This document shows, piece after piece, positions 27,234 through 43,118 of a DNA stretch of 64,000 nt; position 1 is the first letter of the stretch; each line of letters begins with the position of its first letter. Under the pieces are notes generated by a model. That model saw only the letters and a list, made by a program, of their open reading frames with translations. It searched no databases and was not told where the DNA came from. The position numbers and the translations under genes were made by a program. This DNA comes from Eledone cirrhosa (Eukaryota): NCBI GenBank assembly GCA_964016885.1, contig OZ024741.1:1054001-1118000 (forward strand), written 5' to 3'.

Positions 27234-30215
27234 TAAAACAATGAAATAAAAAATCAAGTCATTAGAGATATATATTACATTATTAATCAAACAGTTGCCA
27301 TTTAAGGGGCAAATGCTTCTATTTCTGCAATTACAGCCATACGTAAGATGGTTGTTGGGGGTGCCTATACTATTCTCATTAATCCTTGGGCTATTCCTAT
27401 TGTAATTAATGTTAGCAGGAGAATGAAGGTTGCTTTGTGGGTGGTTTGGTGCTAGGGTTGTATTGTGATTTTGAGTTCCGTTGTTTTTGTGTTGGTGATT
27501 TGGGTGGTTGTGTTTTCTAGGTTGAAGGATTGTATTATTTGTCTTTTTAAAAGGTGCAGTCCTATTTAAATTGTGTTGTGGTGGTGTAGTCATATTATCT
27601 TTAAGTTTATAAATGTTGCAGTTGCTTATTTTTTGCTGGAGATTGTTTGTTGTAGAGTATGAGAATTTAACAGTATATTTGTTAAATATTTGGTGGTATC
27701 TGTGGTTTGGTGGAAAATGTTTATGTATAATTTCAAAGAATTTTTGGGGGATTTGTCCAATAGTTTGCAGGTTGAAGGGTGCGTTGTACCATGTTATGTT
27801 TCTTTTGCGGTTTTTAGTTAAGTTCTTATTACCACTTATATTATTGTGTTGTGTTCTAGAAGAATTCCTATGGTTAGTATCCGTATTTGTAGAATTTGTT
27901 AAATTACCGTGGTTGTATTTGGTGTTATTATTGGGTAGACTATGAGATTTTGAGTGCTTGGTATTCATATGTGGGTTGATAACATTGGTCATAGATCGTG
28001 TAGTAATAGTTGTTATGGCTTTTCGGATGTTTGGTGTAATAGGAATAACCCCTTTAGGTATTTGTTTCAATGGTATTTTTTGGTGTTTGTAGTTTTTGCT
28101 AGGTTTTATATTTTGGTCCATAGTAGTGTTGGGGATATATGAGATTTTTTCTTTATATCCACTTCTAGTTAAGGCCTCGTTGTACAAGGGTGCATTATTA
28201 TAAAATATAGGGCGGTGGATTGGCAGTATCGGTGGAGCATCGGACGCCATGCTTTCCAGCATAGTTACGTCCCTTTACTATCTGAGTTCAAATCCTGCCG
28301 AGGTTGACTTTGCCTTTCATCCTTACGGGGTCGATAAAATAAAGTACCAGTAATGCACTGGGTAATTGCTGGCCTTGTGCCTAAAGTAGAAACAATTATT
28401 ATAAAATATATCTTCATTGGAAGATAATTTAGAAAGTCTAAGAGATATGTTATATACTAAGTTCTTGAGTATAGAGCCAGGGTGGTTAGATCGTGAATGT
28501 ACATAGTGTAGATTCTGGTTGGGTTTGTGGTAAGGTTGATAAATATTCGTAGAGAGGTCTAAGGTAACGTCAAGGAAATTAGCTACTTTTGAAGTGTTTT
28601 CAAAAGTGAAGCTAAGGCTGTAATAGTCCTTGAGGAATTTTCTAATTTGTTTTTTGTTTTTCTCTATATTGGAATTGCTAAGATTGTTAGATAACAATAG
28701 ACAATCATCCCGATAAAGACCACCTTTGAGGTGGGGAAAAGAGTAATGAATATTATAGTGGAGAAATAGTCCAACGAGGTCTGTAACTTGAGCAGAGTCC
28801 ATGGATCCCATCGTAATATCGAATAAGTTGTTATATGTGTTTCTTGTCCAGTATTCTTCTTGGAAGTTTAGTAAGGTTTTTCTAGCGTGAGTTATGAAGT
28901 TGATTTCCTCAGTAGATAAATCCGATCTATTTCTGGCGAAGATCAGTGCTTTGTTTAAAAGAATTGGAGAAATCGAAGAATAGTAAGAATCGATGTCGAA
29001 TTGAATGAATGAAGCTGAGTTTTTATTCTCAATGCTAGTGAACCATTCAATAACTTGGGAAGTGTTATCCCATAATGGAAGTGTTACAAATTTTCTAATT
29101 TGCGGAATGATACGATCAATAATCTTTTTGCTGATATTACCGATATCAGATTTTGATGGGCATATCAGTCTAATAGATGGGTTCGAGTTAAAGTCAGATT
29201 TATGGTCTTTCAGGTTGAAGTTCGGGCTTTTAGGCGTGAAAGACTCAGTCCTATCTTCAATCTGGAGCTTTATTACTATATCACATGATATGTTGTTCAG
29301 GGATGTCAGTGCGGTGGTATTTGCTTTCTTATAGTTTTTTCTAAGTTCTTTATATATGAACTGGTTATATTTATCGATATCCATATGGTACAGATTACCA
29401 GTTGTGTCAGAATGGACATGGACCTTGTTTGAATTTTTCAGTTGTAGAAGAGTAGAGTCTAATCCCTTTAGGAATTCTGATTTGTTTTCTGAACTTTATG
29501 TTTTTAATCATGTTCAGTAGTGCGCTCTCAAAATTTTCAAGTTGAATATTATGAGGAGGATTTTTGTATGTTTTGAATCCATAACGGTACTTCATTTCAT
29601 TTGTATTGGTTTTGTTGTCAAAATGATAGGCCCTCCATCTCATTCTCCTAATAAATTGGTTAGTTTTTTGTATGAGCAAGAGTAGATATTCATCTTTAGG
29701 TGGAATTGGAATATTCTTCAACGAGGTACCCAAATATTGTTTTTCCATTGTGATGCAGGAATTAGATAAAAAAAAGAGCTCAACTAAATATTATAATCAA
29801 TTATGAAAAATATATTGAAGGAGCAAAATGCACAGAGATATCCACGGTAAGTTGTGGGGTCTATTCTGCACGAAGAACTCAATGTAATCCATATGTTGAA
29901 AATGTTGTAGGTTAAGATAAATCCCAGAAAACATTAAAACATTAAAAGGAAAACAGAGTCATGATATAAGTTAAAACAATGAAATAAAAAATCAAGTCAT
30001 TAGAGATATACTTCACTGCTTTACGATCGTTTCTAGGTGATGATAATACATTGTAGCTATACTTCGTTAGTTACAAAATATCAGATAAAGAGAATATTTA
30101 CTTACATGTATATTTTATTGTTTTCCGGGATTTATCTTAACCTACAACATTTTCAACACATGGATTACATTGAGTTCTTCATGCAGAATAGACCCCACAA
30201 CTTACCGTGGATATC

Positions 30216-30220
<5 letters not shown>
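27231..30220 (-). mobile_element. Nematis-like PLE, nearly complete RT, interrupted by a SINE and deleted in the endonuclease
   Basis: ORFs 29407-29748 (SLKNIP..RRMRWRA), 28323-29384 (FDIDSYY, MGSMDS, YRDD), 27270-28190 (WYNAPF, CNCRNRSICPL..NVIY); inverted repeat 29832-29932 / 30118-30220. Confidence 0.88.
28210..28400 (+). mobile_element. tRNA-derived SINE with 16-bp TSD
   Basis: A-box-like TGGCAGTATCGG, B box GTTCAAATCC; TSD ATTATTATAAAATATA at 28194-28209 and 28395-28410. Confidence 0.92.
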
Positions 30221-30255
<35 letters not shown>

Positions 30256-30261
<6 letters not shown>

Positions 30262-33200
30262 TAAAAGGAAAAGAAAATACTGACAAAATGTTCCCAGTGA
30301 AAAATAGTTTAATTAGGAATAAGTAAAAATTAGTAATAGTATTGGTTAGTATTCAGTTTTGGTTTTAAGTTTTACCGGTTGCGCATTTCTAATGCTTTTC
30401 AAAAATAATTTTGAGATAGAGCGCCCGTGATGTTTGCTCTAATCTGATTAGTTTTGGAAATTCTACCTGTTTTATGTAAAAAAAGTGGCTCCAGATGTAT
30501 GAAAAAATTATCAACTTACTCTCCAAAGGTCTTAAATTCACACCGACCCCACTACGTCCTAACTACTATGAAATGAAGGAAGACATCACAGACTTCTGTA
30601 AAAGTTACGACTCAGTGAAGAACTATTCGACCAGTACAATGAGGATGAATCATTAGCCAGAAATAGAAGCAATTACACCCCATCAAAAGGTAGAAATAAA
30701 ATCCTGGACGAATTCTGTGAACACATCACAAACTTCCCTTACAAACACTTGCACAGACAAAAACACAAGCCGAACCTCAACAAGAAAGAATGGGAAGAAT
30801 TAAATAGACAGAACCATTACAATTAAAGAGGCTTATAAAGGGAGTACAGTAGTCCTAATGGAGACATAATTCTATATCAACTTAGCGCTCTCCACTTTGG
30901 AAAACGAAACATACTACGAAAAGGCTGAACACTACAATCAACAGAAAATTATGAGAAACCTAAAAACTCTGATCAACCAATACAAAGAAGGACTCACTAA
31001 CAAGGAATTCAGCTTCATCACAGACTTCACAAGTAAATCCAGCCTTTTTTACGGTATCGCTAAAGTACATAAAAGCGAATTAATAAGTAAGGCATGCAAG
31101 GAGGCCACAGACATAGTCACCAATGTCCCCTCACCCAATGATCTCAAATTAAGACCTATATTAGCAGGCCCCGCTTGCGAAACCCACCGCCTTAGCAACT
31201 TCATTGATACCCTTCTCAAGCCTTTTCTCAAACACATCAAAAGCTATATAAGAGACGACCTAGATATGCTCAATCACCTCCCTAATATGCCCCTTTCTGA
31301 ACAAACCCTACTAGTGACGTTCGATGCAGTTAACCTATACTCCAACATCCCCACAACCTAGGAATAGAAGCTATCCAATTCTGGCTGGATAATTACCACA
31401 GTGAACTCCCACAATGCATCAAAAAAGAATTCGTGATAGAGGGACTCAAATTTATCTTGGAGAACAATTACTTCGTTTTCAATAACAAACCCTACAATCA
31501 GAAATCTGGGACCGCTATGGGAACGAAAACAGCCCCCACTTATGCCAACCTAGTCATGGGATACCTGGAAATCAGCCTCTACACTAAAGTACTAAACAAA
31601 TTTGGAAACACTCTCCACTTACACATAGAAAGGAACTGGAAGCGATATCTAGATGACTGCTTCATCCTTTGGCACGAAAACATCGACAAACTTAAAGAAT
31701 TTCACACCCTTATAAATGGGCTCAACACGAATATTAACTTCACGATGGAATACAGTCATCAACAACTCCCCTTCCTCGACATCCTCATTAAGATCCATAA
31801 CAAAAAAATAGAAACAGACATATACTACAAGCCCACAGACTCCAAGCAATATCTTCCTTTCAACTCTTGCCACCCTAGACACGTTAAAATTAATATTCCC
31901 TACAACTTAACCAAGAGAATCTGTACTATAGTCTCCAATAAAAACACCTGCTACTTACGGCTACAAGAACTAAAGGACACACTCATAGGCAGGGACTACC
32001 CTGCATCACTAATTGACAATGGAATCCAAAGTGCCCTAAAACTCAGTACCCAGGACCTTAGACACCCTAAAGTAAATCAACCGAAACTAAAAGCTCTTCC
32101 ATACATCTCCACACACAACCCCCTCAACAACATCCCTGTGTTGAAAAAGGACCATAGAATGAACCAAATCCTACGAACACACGTTATCATAAAGAGCAAA
32201 AGACAATCTAAGTCAATGAAAAACATCCTAACACATGCCAAAGTACTGCCAACCACAACAACGAAACCCACAGTAAAAAAATGCGATAGACCCAACTGTG
32301 GCATATGCACCAACCTAATAGAGGGTTCGGAATTCTATTTCAAAGAAGGACAACGTTTTATAGTAAAACACAATTTCACATGCGCATCAGAAAATCTAAT
32401 ATATGTATTAACTTGCTCAGGTTGTCGAGAACAATACATAGGCCAGACCAAAAACAGCCTCCGCCAACGCATGACTGTCCATAGATCCCAAATTAAAATA
32501 CGGGAATACAGGAAAATACCACTGAGTGAACACATTGATACCCGTGCCGCCCAAAATCATCCCAACTTCAGAATCTTTCCCCTCTACAAATTTAAAGATA
32601 ATGCCACCCACACCCAGCGCATCAGCAAGGAATCTCACTTTATTAACAAATACGGACCCCGTCTAAACACTTCTCCCTAAGACGAACCCACAACATACAC
32701 ACACAACATACATACCTACATCAGCATACATCTCTATCCACATATAAACACAATGACATACGTAAACACACATGTTCTATGGTGCAACACAAATATACAC
32801 AAATTTGCATACCTTTTGATGTCTATAGATATAAACGTGCCGACACACACACATACATATACGCACACATGCATTGCACACTGATGGGCACATACATATT
32901 TGTACACAAGTATTCCAATACGGCAAGGCCTAATGGATTCCCCTTGCAGTACGTACAATCTGGACACTCACACATACCTTGGTATTATGCCAATACTATA
33001 TATCATTTCACACCTTTTATTATTAAGGTTTTTGATGTTCTATTGAGAGAATCGTTTTTACTGAAAATATCGAATAATGTACACCATTTTTACCAGTATC
33101 ACAAAAATACTGGTCCAGCCCCACATACACACACATTCTTACACACACGCACACACACACATATATATATACACACACACATATATACACACACACATAC

Positions 33201-33355
33201 ACACGCGTACATTAACATACAAAGAGACATATACACACACACACACTTCTCCGTATAAGACAAGAGCTGAAAAATATATTTTAACCTGTTAAAATATCCC
33301 CCACACACGTACATACACATTCCTACTGACCATCCCTCTACCACGAATTACTCTG

Positions 33356-33416
<61 letters not shown>

Positions 33417-33990
33417 TCTTAATAGGCATTTGAACTGTCAACAGGCTGCGGTTCGCACACACATCCCTGCTGACCATTATCACAACAACGAACCTCTTTA
33501 CTAATACTACACACACACACATATTTGTCTTGAAAGACTTATTTTTTAGTGACTTCTCAATCAGCCGAGACAAACCTACATTTGGCGCAAAATCAATTTT
33601 TAACATACACATGACCTCTACCGACCAATCAAAATTGTTTTGACCACAAGAATTTTTTCATACATCTGGAGCCACTTTTTTTACATAAAACAGGTAGAAT
33701 TTCCAAAACTAATCAGATTAGAGCAAACATCACGGGCGCTCTATCTCAAAATTATTTTTGAAAAGCATTAAAAATGCGCAACCGGTAAAACTTAAAACTA
33801 AAACTGAATACTAACCAATACTATTACTAATTTTTACTTATTCCTAATTAAACTATTTTTCACTGGGAACAATTTGTCAGCATTTTCTTTTCCTTTTACC
33901 AATATATCATAACTCGTGTGTTACACCTCTATTCTTTTAAATAAATTTTATTTGTATTTATCTCCAGACTCTAGCTATTGATCAGTTAAT
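30256..33990 (+). mobile_element. Near full-length Neptune-like PLE with inverted pLTRs (30256-30507 / ~33653-33905)
   Basis: Disrupted RT-GIY-YIG frame; GCAA-variant HHR motif at 33755-33790. Confidence 0.92.
30510..32680 (+). pseudogene. PLE RT and GIY-YIG polyprotein (frameshifted)
   Basis: LLSKGLKFTPTP, LRPI, FDAVNLYSNIP, GTAMGT, RYLDD, FLDI, YYKPTD, CDRPNCGIC, LIY..YIGQT (ORFs 30897-31361, 31433-32680). Confidence 0.92.
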
Positions 33991-34549
33991 TTTATTGATT
34001 TTTTAGTTGATCCTATTGACTGATGAATAGCACATGTTAACTTTAACCCGCCTGTTGAGAACTTTAATTCGATTTGTGATATTTTGTATTCTTACAATAA
34101 TATACACAACTGAATTCATTCGCCTAATATAGGGGTTGCCTCCCTTGCTGATCCCCACGTGGATTTAGGAACAGTCTTCCCCTGTATTATTGAACTAAAG
34201 GCCTGTTGAAAAAGTGACTTCCTTGTTCATCATCTTACCAGAAGCCGGACATTTTTTATGTAGGCGGACGGTACCTGATTTAGGAGCCGCAGAAACCCAA
34301 ATGTTGGATTTTACCATCTTTCCAGGGGGTCCGGGTAAATTTTTCAATCATATATATTTTTATTTGTTTGACCCGAATTACTTGATCGTGTTTTTTGGCT
34401 GTGCGAATGATTGTTTCAGCATCGTCTCAGTGTGTTGGTATTAAACGTTAGTTATAGCTCTGGTTCAACCGAACCATTGAGCACTTTGCCGCACATTTCG
34501 AAGATTGTTTTTCGTTATTTCGTGGGCTGAAGTTCCGATTCTCGATAAG

Positions 34550-34575
<26 letters not shown>

Positions 34576-34584
<9 letters not shown>

Positions 34585-34781
34585 GTGAGGTTTTTTTTAC
34601 AAATTGAAAAATAACCGAGGTGTCCTACACGAGTGAAAGTATAAAGAAAAAGAGATGAAATCAAAAATGCAACTGGAGTCTTATTTTTTTTTTTTAAATA
34701 TATATATTTATTTGGTTCCTTTACCGGTTTCGCAGTTCTTCTGCTTTTCAAAAGTAGAGTTGAGATAGAGGGTCTGTGGTT
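34576..34781 (-). mobile_element. Solo pLTR fragment of the 24573-27191 family
   Basis: Direct match to 24573-24775, including the HHR motif. Confidence 0.85.
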
Positions 34782-34900
34782 TGTGTGTGTATGTGTGTAT
34801 GAATGAAGTATTTCCGTCGGAAAGGTACAGGAAAAAAGGGTACTCTATGTAGGCTACATAGCTTATTAGTTATGTAATAAACAACATAAGATAATTATTA

Positions 34901-34957
34901 CATTTACCAGTGGTTTCTTGAAGACAGATGTTGTATCTGTCTTCAGTCCTCAGAATG
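34901..34957 (-). ncRNA. Hammerhead motif
   Basis: Minus strand: catt-CTGAGGA-ctgaagacagat..atctgtcttcaa-GAAA-ccactgg-TA-aatg. Confidence 0.72.
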
Positions 34958-35513
34958 AATAAAAAAACATGGTGTTTTTATTAAATATAGATTTGAAAAT
35001 AAAATTTAGGAAATATGAAAGTGAGGCTGAAAAAAACGGGCGAAAAGGAAATAGGGAAAAAAAAAATATATATATATATAAGAATAAAAATATAAATATC
35101 CAGAACGTAAACATACACACAATCAACTACGCGCATATACTAAAAAGTATGTAGACGTAAACTCACACAAACGTATTAGCGTCTACAAAGAAATATGGAC
35201 AGAAACATAAATACATACACATACATATACACAGATATGTACAAAAATATATACACACATACATATACACAGAATTACATACATATACACAGAATTATAC
35301 ACTCAAATTTGGGAAGTAGTAAGCAAGCAGAAATAACTAAATCAAAAAATAAATAAGAACAAAAAATACAATATATATATATATATATAAAAGAAAAAGA
35401 AGGGAGGGGGGCGTGTTGACAACGATAGGTGTGAATGTGTGGGGGAGGGAGGGGGAGAAAAAATAAAAACAACTTAAATATAAACAAATACACAAGATAT
35501 GTATATACATATA

Positions 35514-36259
35514 TATATAGAGAAAAATACTGCAGGTAGCACATGGTAACATGTAATAAAATACGTCCCTCATCAGTGATTTGCCGAAGATCATAGATAT
35601 TTCATTGCATTAAAAATCATATATCTCACTTCGGTGCAATAATAACCAAAATAAGTTATTAGGACAATTAAAACGCGTAAAGCGAGTGAGACAGGAGAAC
35701 AACAGAAAAGATAGCATACCGTGGGAGAGAAACAAGCTTCAAAAATTATTCTGTTAGCGTAAGCTAGGTGAATATATGAGCGCTAGGGAAAGAATAGTCC
35801 AGCACGAACGAAGGCCATTGAGCAGAGAGAGAAAAAATAGCGTCCGTGAGTGCAGGATGAAATGAAGAGAAGAGGGAGAAAAACAGTGAGTGAGTGAAAG
35901 TGTGAGGAAGAGTTAACGGACAAGACAGAGGGGGAGAAACAGAGAGAATGGGGGAACAGTAAGAGAGAGAGAAAAAAACACAGAATCGCAGTGGTAAATA
36001 TATGTATTAAAATATAGAGAAAAATACTGCAGGTAGCACATGGTAACATGTAATAAAATACGTCCCTCATCAGTGATTTACCGAAGATCATAGATATTTC
36101 ATTGCATTAAAAATCATATATCTCACTTCGGTGCAATAATAACCAAAATAAGTTATTAGGACAATTAAAACGCGTAAAGCGAGTGAGACAGGAGAACAAC
36201 AGAAAAGATAGCATACCGTGGGAGAGAAACAAGCTTCAAAAATTATTCTGTTAGCGTAA
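35514..36259. repeat. ~250-bp direct repeat (35514-35762 / 36012-36259) plus a partial diverged third copy (~36265-36335)
   Basis: Near-identical blocks from TATAGAGAAAAATACTGCAGG to CTGTTAGCGTAA. Confidence 0.9.
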
Positions 36260-36348
36260 TATGAATAAAATTAGTCCTTCATCAGTGATCTTCCAACTTT
36301 CATTGGTATTTCATCGCTTTAAAAATCATATACCTATATAAAAATCAT

Positions 36349-36385
<37 letters not shown>

Positions 36386-36454
36386 CTCACAGTTGGGTGC
36401 GGATGCATTCATGTATATATGTGTGTGTCCGCGTGTATCTGTGTGTTTCTAAAT

Positions 36455-36491
<37 letters not shown>

Positions 36492-36984
36492 ATACACACA
36501 TATACACATAAACATACATATATACCTAACCACACATGCAAACACACACGCATATATATGTGTGTATATATATATATAAAATAGATATACGTACACATAC
36601 ACACACATGTGCATGTATATACATATATATACACATATATAAAAACATATACACACACATATATATAAACACACATACATACAAAAACACACACATCCAC
36701 ATGCATACATATACAAAAAAACCTAAAATGAATGAATTTTAAAGGTACATAACCCAAGTACATACGTACACATACGCGTGCGCACACACTCATGCAATAA
36801 GAAATTAACACACGCATACAAATAAACATATACGTAAGTCCATACATGCATATAAACATATATACAAAAATATATATACACAAACACATGCATACATAAA
36901 TACAAATACATATAAACAAATATATACATACATATCTATAAATACATATATACACACAAACACACATACATATATTTTTTCTAT

Positions 36985-37389
36985 GGCGGGTAAAATTCCC
37001 GAGATCCATGGACGAGTTCTCTCCAGCGGTCTCTGTCCCTCATTATCCTGCGTCTTCAACAGGCCAGTGTCTGTCCTTAGGGCATCAACATATGTTAACG
37101 TTGGTCTTCCTCTTCCAGTGTGTCCATGTAGGGGCTCCCACAGGAGCACTGAGTGCAATGTCAACTCTGGATGTCGGTGAGCATGTCCAGCTAACCTCAG
37201 TCTCCTCTGTGTCACCTTTGAGCTGACTTTTGGGAGGATCCCGTACAGCTCTGAGTTTTTCATCCTCAGTGTATACTGATTAATGTTCAAAGCCATCCTC
37301 AACATTCTCGTGTAGCACCCATCCACCATGTGAGTGAGTTTCTTGGTCAGTGTCCAAGTCTCAGACCCGTACAGCAGCACAGACTCCAC
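36985..37389 (-). mobile_element. RTE-clade LINE 3' fragment
   Basis: [35 protein letters not shown] motifs. Confidence 0.88.
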
Positions 37390-37401
37390 TATATATATAT
37401 A

Positions 37402-37486
<85 letters not shown>

Positions 37487-37492
37487 TCTCTC

Positions 37493-38930
<1,438 letters not shown>

Positions 38931-38960
38931 ATATATATATATATATATATACATATATTA

Positions 38961-39180
38961 TGTGAAGGTACATGGCTTCAAGGTTAGAGCGTTGTAAGTT
39001 CAATCAGGCGTTATAAGTTCGATTCTCAGACCGGGTTGTGTGCCGTGTCCTTCAGCAAGACTTTATTTCACTTTGCTCCAATTTACTCATCTGTAGAAAT
39101 GAGATGCGACGTCACTGATGCCAAACTGTATCGACCATTACATTTCTCTTGGACAACATCAGTGGTATAGAGAGAAGGGA
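38961..39180 (+). mobile_element. Degenerate tRNA-derived SINE
   Basis: TGGCTTCAAGG..AGTTCGATTCTC followed by GTGTCCTTCAGCAAGAC core. Confidence 0.6.
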
Positions 39181-39740
39181 AACGACTATTGTCCCTCTTC
39201 TGGGACTCCACTTCCTTTTGATATTGTTTAGTTAGAAGTCTGACTAAACAATATCAAAAGGATGTGGAGTCCCAAAATAAAAAAAGAAACATATACATAC
39301 ACCCACAAAGATATATATATATATACACACTCTCTATTATCTGTGTATGTGTGCGTCAGTGTTTGTGTGTATGTACATATATGTACTGAAGAGACGGTGT
39401 ACTTCGCAATATATTGCTTTTTGTAGAGTAGGGATCACAGTGATGATGACGATGAATAATAATAAGAAGAGCTTAATTAATCCCCCCTCCCACGACTCTC
39501 CACATCTAACCGCCGATTGTGACCTCATCCTGTCAACTAGACAAGTGTCTTTAGTCCTTTGTTGTAATCACTCACCCATAGCTCGACTATCATAGCCACC
39601 CCCATCCTGGTTCTTACCAGCGCCATCTCCATCAACCAAGGTTTTAGTGTAAGACAGATGGACACAGTTAGACAGACAGATGACAGTGTCATCTCCGCCA
39701 AAGCAGATGGCCATATCCCGGAAACTTCTCTCTCTCTCCC

Positions 39741-39793
<53 letters not shown>

Positions 39794-39808
39794 TCACTCT
39801 CTCTCTCC

Positions 39809-39890
<82 letters not shown>

Positions 39891-39957
39891 GTCTGTCAGT
39901 CTATCTATCTATCTATTTATTAATCCTCATCATTGCATATGTATATATTTTTTATAA

Positions 39958-40200
39958 AGAGGTGGTGAATCAGCAGTCATTATAGCCCAAAATAGAGTGC
40001 CTTGCGTTACTTGTTCTGCTCTTTGCACTGTGAGTTCAAATCCTGTCGAGGTCAACTTTGTCTTACATTTATTCGGGTCAATAAAATAAAATACTTATCC
40101 AAAGTAGTATTCATTTGGTAAAACCACTAGAGCGTCAGATGAAATGCTTTTGAGACATTGTTCTGGCTCTTGGAGTTCGAATCCTGTTTTGGCTTTCTTG
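39958..40200 (+). mobile_element. Old SINE fragments related to the 28210 family
   Basis: GAGTTCAAATCCTGTCGAGGTCAACTTTG..GTCAATAAAATAAAATAC; second GAGTTCGAATCC at ~40173. Confidence 0.6.
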
Positions 40201-40772
40201 GATAGTAGAATCCATCGCCCTAACATATCTGCATGTGTCTGGTAGAGTCCAATCTAGTACAAACACGCAGGCCGGGTTTCTAGTTTGAAGTTACCCTCCT
40301 CTTTCTGGGGCTTCAAGAGTTGTGGACATGGCTGTCCACTCCCTCACCAAAACACCAGTAGATAGCCACATTCTGATAATAATATCTTGTATGATTTAAA
40401 GTCTTGTACAACTTGTGCTTCTAGTCGTTATAATTCACATATACATGAGTGTGTGTCTGTGAAACATATACACATACACAAGGTAGTTATAGTTTTTGTT
40501 TAACCCTGGGTCAGTCTTGGCTAAGTAGTCCTTTGATCAAAAGCTTTCCAGCGGAAACCATCCTGTCTTTTACCTATATACAAGGAATTCAGGATCACAT
40601 AAAGCAATGTATCAGTTTGTGAGACATTGATATAGTTTGAGAGAGATACAGGTGTTAATGTTAACATAGAATGACACCACAGAGACTCATTTGCTGATAA
40701 TGTTAGCGTTGCTTCTGGTGGTGGTGGTGTTGTTGTGGGTGCTATTGGTGGTGATGGTGGTGGGGATGGGGA

Positions 40773-40808
<36 letters not shown>

Positions 40809-40896
40809 AGGGAGTAAGGTTCTATACAAAACAGGGGTTATAGAGAAAAAGTGGAATTGGAAATAGAACGAAAAATATATTTAAGGATCTGTTTTA

Positions 40897-41283
40897 CTTT
40901 TTTTCTTCTTTGATTCGTCAAAGTGACATTATTGAAAAAATGAGAGCAACAATTCTTTTAAAAAAAGGAGTTTTATAATGTATATAAAATATGTAAAATA
41001 TAACCGGTTTCGATGTATCAGTGTAAACCATCTTATCAAATGTTGTGACAAGAAAGATGAACAGACCTTTTCAACACTCAATTTTAAATTTTAAATTTTT
41101 ATTTCTTTTTAATTCCTTTTAATTGTAATATTCAACATTTGATAAGATGGTTTACACTGATTCATCGAAACCGATTATATTTTATATATTTTATATACAT
41201 TATAAAACTCCTTTTTTTTAAAAAGAATTGTTCCGATGATTTTTTCAATAATGTCACTTTAACGAATCAAAGAAGAAAAAAAG
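40897..41283. mobile_element. Fold-back pLTR element, ~150-bp arms (40897-41045 / 41133-41283)
   Basis: Reverse-complement arms; HHR at-TTGATAA-gatg..catc-GAAA-ccgg-TT-at (40999-41043 minus; mutated copy 41136-41179 plus). Confidence 0.8.
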
Positions 41284-41301
41284 AATATATATATATATAT
41301 A

Positions 41302-43118
41302 TGTAGATAAATCTACCAAAATATACGGTAGTGTCCAATCCGTATGAAGAACTCAATGTAATCCAAATATCATGAAAAGAGAAGATGTATTCAAAAAATT
41401 TTTTTAGATTAAAATCACAGGAAAACAGAGTCAAAATAAATTAATAAAAACAATGAATAAAAACAAAGAAACAATTCCTTACATTAAAAAATTCATCATT
41501 TTACGATCGTTTCTAGGATATATATGTGTGTTGGTATGTATATCATATAGATTTATGTAAAAATTTTACAAACTATCAGAGGAAATATACATACCTACAC
41601 ATGCTGTCTTCAGAAATAATGATATTTGTTTATTGAAAAAAAAAAAAAAAAAATTAGCTCTAAGGACTCCACTTATTCATATATAGGAGCTACTTCTAAC
41701 CAATTTAAAGTAAGATTTAATACCCACAAACATAGTTTTTAAAATGCCGCATTAGCTAATACAACATCCTTGGCTGAAAAAATTAATTATAGAAAAAAGA
41801 ATATCGATTATAACCTGACCTGGAGTGTGCTCAAAAGGGCCACCCCTTATCAAAATAACAGATATGAGTGTAGATTATGTTCCCAGGAACTTTTTGAAAT
41901 AATGAAATCTAAGGATATCCTATTAAATAAGCGACAAGAATTAATTATATCGTGCAATCATAGAATTAGAAGAACTTTCAAATATTATAAACCTAATTAA
42001 TATACACCTTACACTTATATTTTACAAATTATTATAATTAGTTTTTTTAAATTTAGTTAACCTATAATTAGTATTTTACTACTGAGAACTTCATAATCTT
42101 ATTTCCCTTTTACAGCTCTCTTTTCCTAAAATTAATACCCAAAAGTATACATATAAACTATTTTAATTTCCTGTTATGAATCTAAATTCCTTGTAGTCTA
42201 TATAAGTTTGTTATTTCTCACCAATACATTTATCCCAAAATTTCCTTCGTTTTTAACAAAATTCTTTAATAACATCTAACTCTTATTTATCATATCTATA
42301 TGAATTAATATAAATTTATCCCTATAAGTATACCTATCAATTAAATTAATTTAATTTCTTTTTATAGATCTAAATTCCTCGTGTTTTAAATAAGATTGGT
42401 ATTTCTCACTAACACATTTAGCCTAAAATTTTATTCTCCTTCGATTTTAACATTAGCATTACTCTTGAATAACATCAAATTTTCGTGTACCTTTCACCGG
42501 CTTGACCTCTTTTCATCCCCAAAGTAATCTTTTCATTCAAAGTATTCTTTCCATTCAAAACTGAAGTCTGCATTCCTCTACCCCTAAATTAAATTTCTAC
42601 TACTACTATTCTATCAACTTGACCACTTACTACTTTTCTATTGGTCAATTCAAAACCTGTTCCCCCAAAAGAACTATTATATTAAATATTTGTTGTTTTT
42701 TTTAAATAAACAAATATCAGTGGATTGGCAGTATCGGTAGAGGGTCGGACGTCATGCTTTCCAGCATAGTTACGTCCCTTTACGATCTGAGTTCAAATCC
42801 CGCCGAGGTTGACTTTGCCTTTCATCCTTACGGGGTCGATAAAATAAAATACCAGTAATGCACTGGGTAATTGCTGGCCTTGTGTCTAAAGTAGAAACAA
42901 TTATTTCTGAAGACAGCATATATATGTGTAGGTATGTATATTTCCTCTGATAGTTTGTAAAATTTTTAATTAGATCTATATGATATACATACCAGCACAC
43001 ACATATATATCCTAGAAACGATCGTAAAATAATGAATTTTTTAATGTAAGGAACTGTTTCTTTGTTTTTACTCATTGTTTTTATTAATTTATCTTGACTC
43101 TGTTTTCCTGTGATTTTC

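Noticed and set aside
28210-28300. tRNA gene (A and B boxes)
   Set aside because: No cloverleaf; multi-copy with TSDs, so it is a SINE head
30018-30095. Intact HHR in the 5' pLTR of the 27231-30220 element
   Set aside because: GAAA-cgatcg-TA is present on the minus strand but no acceptable CTGANGA with stem II; treated as degenerate
35560-35620. Type II (permuted) hammerhead on the minus strand, GAAA..CTGATGA
   Set aside because: Stem I pairs (TGAT/ATCA) but stems II and III do not
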